A stretch of DNA of 64,000 bases from Candidatus Kaiserbacteria bacterium (GTDB lineage: Bacteria > Patescibacteriota > Minisyncoccia > Phycocordibacterales > Phycocordibacteraceae): NCBI GenBank assembly GCA_027451665.1, contig DAIDIW010000002.1, positions 212,254 to 276,253 of the forward strand, given 5' to 3'. Below, one piece after another: positions 59,049 through 64,000 of the stretch (within the stretch, counting starts at the first letter, position 1; every line of letters begins with the position of its first letter). The notes below the pieces were generated by a model, which did not search any database, was not told the DNA's origin, and worked only from the letters and a program-made list of their open reading frames with translations. Both the position numbers and the translations under genes were made by a program.

Positions 59049-59560
59049 GTCGGATCGCACGGGAAGGGCCGACAGGGCGGCGCGTGAGCGACGCGCCGCC
59101 CTTTTCATGCGACGCCGTAACCGGCCTGTGGATACCCGCGCTGCGGGACGCGTCTCTTGCTATGATTCGTTCGTTCGCAGCTCTTTGTGGGCGTTCGCCC
59201 ACCCTGCCCCGCAGCAGCGCGGATGTCGCGAGACGATCCGCAACGAGGAGCAGCTCTCAGTCGCCGGATCACGCTACGGGGTCCGGAGTGACCGGGCGGT
59301 ACCGGAATCGACGGATTCATGGTCCAAGCTCCCGGTCGGGCATTCCTGCCACGCGCGATTACGTGGCCCTTCCCTTCCATGGGAACCCTTTTGACGGCAC
59401 GCCGGACTTCCGGACGTGGCCGTCTTCATTTATAGGACGACGCGTGCTATAGTTCGCCTCGAATGGTGCTGGCAGTAGCGGGGGACTAACCCCCTGCCAT
59501 CGGAGGGCGCTGCCCTCCTGGATGACAGGTACCCTCCGTGAGAATCCGCACCGCCAAGAT

Positions 59561-60679
59561 ATGGAAGTAGAAGAGAAGAAGGCTGCGCCGGCAGCCATGA
59601 TGATGCACGTCGCGGAAGGTCACCCTATGGCGGCCTTTATAAACGATATCCCGATGCCGCCGTCTTCTGGCGACCTCGTCGAGGGCACTATCGTCGCTAT
59701 TAATCGCGGCCGCGTGTATGTGGACCTGCCGCCGTTCGGCACCGGCCTTATCTACGGGCGCGAGTACCTGAACGCGGCGGACATGCTGCGCAAGGCGAAT
59801 ATTGGTGATGCGATCAGCGCGAAGGTCGTCGATCCGGCTGGCCGCGACGGCTATATCGAGCTCTCGCTCAAGGAGGCGCGCCAGGCGGCCATCTGGGGCG
59901 AAGCTGAACAGGCTATCGTTGCGGAAACGGTGTACACGATTCCGGTCGAGGAAGCAAACAAGGGAGGCCTCATCCTCTCGTGGCAGGGCATCAAGGGCTT
60001 TCTCCCTGCATCCCAGCTTACAAAGGAACACTATCCGAGGGTCCCTGAGGGCGACAAGGATAAGATACTCTCCGAACTCATGAAGTTCGTCGGCCATCCG
60101 CTCTCGGTCCGTATCATTACCGCCGACCCGAAGGAGGGCAAGCTCATTTTCTCCGAGCGCACCGGCAACGAGGCTGAAGAAAAGGCATCGCTCATCGACA
60201 AGTACCAGGTCGGCGACACGGTTGAAGGCGAAATCACGGGCGTCGTCGATTTCGGCGTCTTCGTGAAGCTCGAGCCGGGTCTCGAAGGTCTCGTGCATAT
60301 CAGCGAACTCGACTGGGGCCTCGTCGAGGATCCTCGCGCGCTCTTCAGCGTGGGCGATGCGGTAAAGGTAAAGGTCATCGAGATCAAGGACGGCAAGGTC
60401 TCGCTCTCCATCAAGGCGCTCAAGGAGAATCCGTGGCACACCGCGGCGGAGCGTTACAAAAAGGGCATGGAGGTACCGGGCGTCATCATTAAGTACAACA
60501 AGCACGGTGCGCTTGCTTCGATCGAGGAAGGCGTCGCCGGCCTCGTACACGTGAGCGAATTCTCTTCCCCGCAGGAACTGCGCGAGAAGCTCGAGCTCGG
60601 CAAGACGTATCCGTTCACCATCTCGCTCTTCGAGCCGAAGGAGCAGCGTATGACGCTCTCCTACGTCGAGAAGAAGTAA
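59561..60679 (+). CDS. rpsA: 30S ribosomal protein S1 (4 S1 domains)
   Basis: Repeated S1 domains (GFLPASQL, EGLVHISEL, GLVHVSE); start uncertain; terminator-like hairpin at about 60702-60728. Confidence 0.92.
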   Translation: MEVEEKKAAPAAMMMHVAEGHPMAAFINDIPMPPSSGDLVEGTIVAINRGRVYVDLPPFGTGLIYGREYLNAADMLRKANIGDAISAKVVDPAGRDGYIELSLKEARQAAIWGEAEQAIVAETVYTIPVEEANKGGLILSWQGIKGFLPASQLTKEHYPRVPEGDKDKILSELMKFVGHPLSVRIITADPKEGKLIFSERTGNEAEEKASLIDKYQVGDTVEGEITGVVDFGVFVKLEPGLEGLVHISELDWGLVEDPRALFSVGDAVKVKVIEIKDGKVSLSIKALKENPWHTAAERYKKGMEVPGVIIKYNKHGALASIEEGVAGLVHVSEFSSPQELREKLELGKTYPFTISLFEPKEQRMTLSYVEKK

Positions 60680-60733
60680 CAAGCTTGATAAAAGGATTCG
60701 CCGGACCGCAAAGCGGTCCGGCGTTTTCCGTAC

Positions 60734-61273
60734 TCATACCTTTACCTTGAACCAGCGATACCGGTTTGCCCATCCCGCGTTCCGCCAGTGTTCCTTCCAT
60801 TCCTTATCGGTGAGCCTGAGCGTGAAGTATGCGTGGCATATGCGTATGTACGTCAAGGCTGGATGCGGAAAGGTCCGACTATAGGAAACCCCACCTTTGG
60901 TCGACGTGATCCGTTCAGGATCTACCTTTCGGCCGATCGTCTCGATCAGGTGCATGACGAGCGCCTCGCGCGGATCCATGAGATCCGGAAAGAGATGCGT
61001 GAAGCTCGGCGAAGAAGTACGACTTTCCGTAGGCGTACGATCGGACTCGTCTTTGCCAAGCTTGATGAAGCCCCATGTCCGGCTATGCGCGACCACCTCG
61101 AGCTCCGCACATTGTTCGAAGAGCATGAGACTCTCGTCGTCCGACAATTTCGCATCGAGCTGATGGCAATGGACGGATTCGCATAAATGGTCGAACTGGT
61201 TCAGTGGAATACTCTGTAGCATGCAGCGCTTACGCAGCTCACATTTGAATTGCTCAGCAGTCAACTGGCGCAT
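60734..61273 (-). CDS. Hypothetical protein
   Basis: GGGGAG SD before ATG 61273 (MRQLTAEQ). Confidence 0.55.
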   Translation of the reverse strand: MRQLTAEQFKCELRKRCMLQSIPLNQFDHLCESVHCHQLDAKLSDDESLMLFEQCAELEVVAHSRTWGFIKLGKDESDRTPTESRTSSPSFTHLFPDLMDPREALVMHLIETIGRKVDPERITSTKGGVSYSRTFPHPALTYIRICHAYFTLRLTDKEWKEHWRNAGWANRYRWFKVKV

Positions 61274-61392
61274 TGCGTTCTCCCCTGTGATGTTATAGGC
61301 GTACAGTCTGGTGCGAACTATGCACCTCGGGGGGCGCTCCCGCAACGGGTATCGCACCCTTGACAGTGCAGAATCGGCTCTAGTAAAGTGGG

Positions 61393-61556
61393 GGAAGTAG
61401 CTTACCTGCAGCAGCTGTGGCCCAACCTCGGACCGTGGCTTCGTCCCCAGAGTCACGGTCCGAGGAACGGGTCCTTAGAGCCCCTGCACACGAGTCGGAA
61501 GACTCACACTGTTCTTTCTTTTTCCGACCATGTCCTTCGGACATGGTTTTTCTTTT
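61393..61556 (+). ncRNA. Candidate free-standing structured ncRNA
   Basis: TTGACA at 61360 and TAAAGT at 61384; long interrupted hairpin, GGAA tetraloop hairpin, terminator with T tract; no credible ORF. Confidence 0.5.
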
Positions 61557-62316
61557 ACCCGAGGAATGCCTCGATGCGCCGCCAAAGGTGCGGCTTGAGC
61601 GCACTCGACGCGCCGAAGTGGCCGCCGCGCGGCAGTCCTGAAAATTGTGCGCCCACCTCTTCCGCGAATCGCTTCGCCGGAGCAAACGGCACGACCTCGT
61701 CATCCTTCGCGTGGATGATCATGAGCTTCTTCCCTGCTACTCCTTTCTTCTTGTGCTCCGGGTTGTAAAATTTCCCGCTCGCGAGCTTCCTCCAGACCGA
61801 AACCTTGCCGCGATACGCAGAGCCGAATGCCTCGTGCACGAAGCGCGCCATTATATCGACCGGCTCGGTCGTCTTGTCTTGCGCGCGCCAGTCGATGACT
61901 GGCGAGAGCGCGACCACCTTATTAACGAGTGCATCCCTCGTCGACAGTATCGCCGCCGCTCCGCCGAAGGACGCGCCGATCACATACACTTGCGGATTCG
62001 CGACTTTCAGTACCTTCTGACTCCACGCGTCCATAAAACCCCTCCCGACGCCGTGTACGACTGCGAGGACGTCGTCAGTCGGTTCATGTGCGAGGAACAT
62101 GCCCGCGCTCTCCCAGCTACCTGCGTAGCGCGGGACGAATACCCAATACCCGCGCTCGGCGAGCGTGCGTATCGCTCGTCCGTTCCCACCCGGATACCCC
62201 GGCATTCCCGAGCACAAAACGATTACTTTGCGCGATTTCGTGAGCGGCGCCATGTACTCGCACGCGATGCCGCCGAAACGCGTCCGCCCTGGGTATTTCG
62301 GCAATTCTCGTTTCAT
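61555..62316 (-). CDS. Alpha/beta hydrolase
   Basis: GASFGG nucleophile, IIHAKDDEVVP, GGH. Confidence 0.88.
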   Translation of the reverse strand: MKRELPKYPGRTRFGGIACEYMAPLTKSRKVIVLCSGMPGYPGGNGRAIRTLAERGYWVFVPRYAGSWESAGMFLAHEPTDDVLAVVHGVGRGFMDAWSQKVLKVANPQVYVIGASFGGAAAILSTRDALVNKVVALSPVIDWRAQDKTTEPVDIMARFVHEAFGSAYRGKVSVWRKLASGKFYNPEHKKKGVAGKKLMIIHAKDDEVVPFAPAKRFAEEVGAQFSGLPRGGHFGASSALKPHLWRRIEAFLG

Positions 62317-62900
62317 CGTGTATTCGCGAATTGCATCGCGGCTTCGAGTCCGTCCTCGACGAATAACTGCATGGTTTCGACCGACTTCTTGATCGCCTTC
62401 TTAAGTTCAACTTCTTCTGTCGGCTTGAACTTCCCAATCACGTGTTTGATGACCTTCTCCTCATCTTTTAGCTTCTTCGCCTGATTTTTCTTGCCCGACG
62501 GTGCGACCCCGATCCTGATGCGCGCATAGTCCTTCGTCTTCACCGCACGATTCACGCTCTCGATGCCCTTGTGGCCGCCGCTGCCGCGCCCAGAGACCAT
62601 TTTTATGGTGCCAATCGGCAGATCAAGATCGTCCTGCACCACGAGCAGGCTTTTCGCCGCAGCGCCCGACGTCTTTAAGAACATCACGACCGCTTTGCCC
62701 GAGTTATTCATAAAGGTCTCGGGGAGCACAAGGGTCACGCTGCCCTCCTTCGATACGAGTGCATTCGCCTTCTTGTTGAACGCGAACGCGCCGACGCCTT
62801 CCTTCTTCGCGTACGCCTCGACCGCCATGCGGCCGGCATTATGTCGGGTCTTTTCGTATTCCGTGCCGGGGTTCCCGAGCCCTACGATAACGAGCGCCAT
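62313..62900 (-). CDS. pth: Peptidyl-tRNA hydrolase
   Basis: VGLGNPG.EYEKTRHNAG, PETFMNNSG, GGHKG. Confidence 0.96.
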   Translation of the reverse strand: MALVIVGLGNPGTEYEKTRHNAGRMAVEAYAKKEGVGAFAFNKKANALVSKEGSVTLVLPETFMNNSGKAVVMFLKTSGAAAKSLLVVQDDLDLPIGTIKMVSGRGSGGHKGIESVNRAVKTKDYARIRIGVAPSGKKNQAKKLKDEEKVIKHVIGKFKPTEEVELKKAIKKSVETMQLFVEDGLEAAMQFANTR

Positions 62901-63058
62901 GACCGCTATTGTAGCTTACTGCACACGCAATGGAAAAATCGCATCCGGGAGGCTGCGCGCCATTCGGAAAATGCACATGCGGCCTCGCCTCTTCCACGAG
63001 CACCTAACGAAACTCGCGGAAAAGTTGACGCGCACGACGAGAGGAATACAATGCACGC

Positions 63059-63655
63059 ATGAATGACTCTGGAAAAGGTCTTCTCAAGGATCTTTTCACG
63101 CTTGCGCTCCTCATCGTAATCGTCGTCATCCCTATCCGCGTGTTCGTGGCTTCGCCATTCGTAGTGGACGGCGAGTCGATGCACCCCACGTTCGAGAACA
63201 TGGATTACCTTATCGTAGACGAGCTCGTCTACGATTTCCATAAGCCGGAGCGCGGCGACGTCATCGTGTTCCGCTATCCGAACGATCCTTCGATCTTCTA
63301 CATCAAGCGCATCATCGGCCTCCCCGGCGAGACGGTCTCCATAAGCCATGGCAAGGTCACGATCACGAAAGTGGACGGCATGAAGGTCACGCTAAACGAA
63401 CCGTACGTCGTAAACGAGGACGCAACCTACTCTAATAGTGTCACCCTCTCGAAGAGCCAGTATTTCGTCATGGGCGATAACCGCCCGAATTCATCCGACA
63501 GCCGCGTCTGGGGACCGCTCCCCGCAAAGGACATCATCGGCCGGGTGGATCTCCGCCTTCTCCCGCTCTCAAGAGCGGGCTTCTTCCCAGGCGAAGCGCA
63601 CTATCAGCCGAATGCATACGAGACGGGAACGATGACTGCTACAAGTACTCCATGA
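63059..63655 (+). CDS. lepB: Signal peptidase I
   Basis: GESMHPT, IKRIIGLPGE, MGDNRPNSSDSR. Confidence 0.96.
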   Translation: MNDSGKGLLKDLFTLALLIVIVVIPIRVFVASPFVVDGESMHPTFENMDYLIVDELVYDFHKPERGDVIVFRYPNDPSIFYIKRIIGLPGETVSISHGKVTITKVDGMKVTLNEPYVVNEDATYSNSVTLSKSQYFVMGDNRPNSSDSRVWGPLPAKDIIGRVDLRLLPLSRAGFFPGEAHYQPNAYETGTMTATSTP

Positions 63656-64000
63656 GAGAAGTCATTCCCGGTGACGAACTGCTAAAGAAAGCGCATTCGG
63701 TCGGTCAGTATTACGGATTCATGCCGCTCTCAGTACTTGCGGCGGAAACGCGCGGCGAGAAGAAGACGAAGCAGCGGCCGCTTCCGGAGATGCTCTCTGG
63801 GCTCACGCTCGATCCCATCGCGGAAACGGTCGCCGGCTTCCTGAAGCAATGTAAGACGATGAATATTGCGCCGAGTGCGAAGCTGCCGCTCTTTATCTGG
63901 CACACGAATATCGCGCCCGGTAGGCCGGCGCCGAAGAAGGCGGTGGTGCAGTTCCACGCGATCGGGACGGATCGTGCGATCGCGGACGCTGTAGTCATAC
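63652..64000 (+). CDS. Partial ORF, possibly a HisS/HisZ-like paralog
   Basis: ATG overlaps the lepB stop (MREVIPGDELLKKAHSVGQYYGF...); appears open to the window end; function guessed from the YYGF motif. Confidence 0.5.
   Translation, partial: MREVIPGDELLKKAHSVGQYYGFMPLSVLAAETRGEKKTKQRPLPEMLSGLTLDPIAETVAGFLKQCKTMNIAPSAKLPLFIWHTNIAPGRPAPKKAVVQFHAIGTDRAIADAVVI

Noticed and set aside
59295-59420. gggcggtaccggaatcgacgga resembles a tmRNA 5' end
   Set aside because: No T-arm/acceptor 3' end or tag reading frame found nearby on either side
1-64000. CRISPR array, integron attC array, DGR or retron
   Set aside because: No regularly spaced repeats, cas genes, integron integrase or reverse transcriptase seen

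Overview
This 64-kb window looks like a high-GC Patescibacteria/CPR (Parcubacteria-type) chromosome using genetic code 11. The evidence is a short IF2, a 4-domain S1, a tandem VirB2-like pilin array, a VirD4/HerA-like ATPase and many apparently leaderless genes. Most of it is housekeeping (dnaX, dusB, serS, topA, rel, parB, miaA, rpmG, clpB, infB, rbfA, gyrA, rpsA, pth, lepB, 7 tRNAs). The main accessory feature is a lower-GC island of about 13 kb (about 12.0-25.0 kb) abutting the 3' end of tRNA-Gln. Its right end is a module of putative regulator, 10-bp-phased repeats, two small ORFs, a rolling-circle Rep (II/X-type), a highly structured 140-nt leader and a large serine recombinase whose stop codon lies inside the tRNA. 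Cargo includes an orphan cGAS/DncV-like nucleotidyltransferase facing a membrane protein, a BECR/RelE-like nuclease facing a promoter-driven small structured RNA, an amino-acid ABC operon behind a 200-nt GNRA-rich leader, and a truncated second recombinase. Outside the island are perfect palindromes, a foreign IS256 fragment, two pseudogenes absent from the ORF track (dprA, C39 peptidase), a 37-aa peptide gene and two further candidate structured RNAs. All family calls are by-eye motif recognition; no database search was run.
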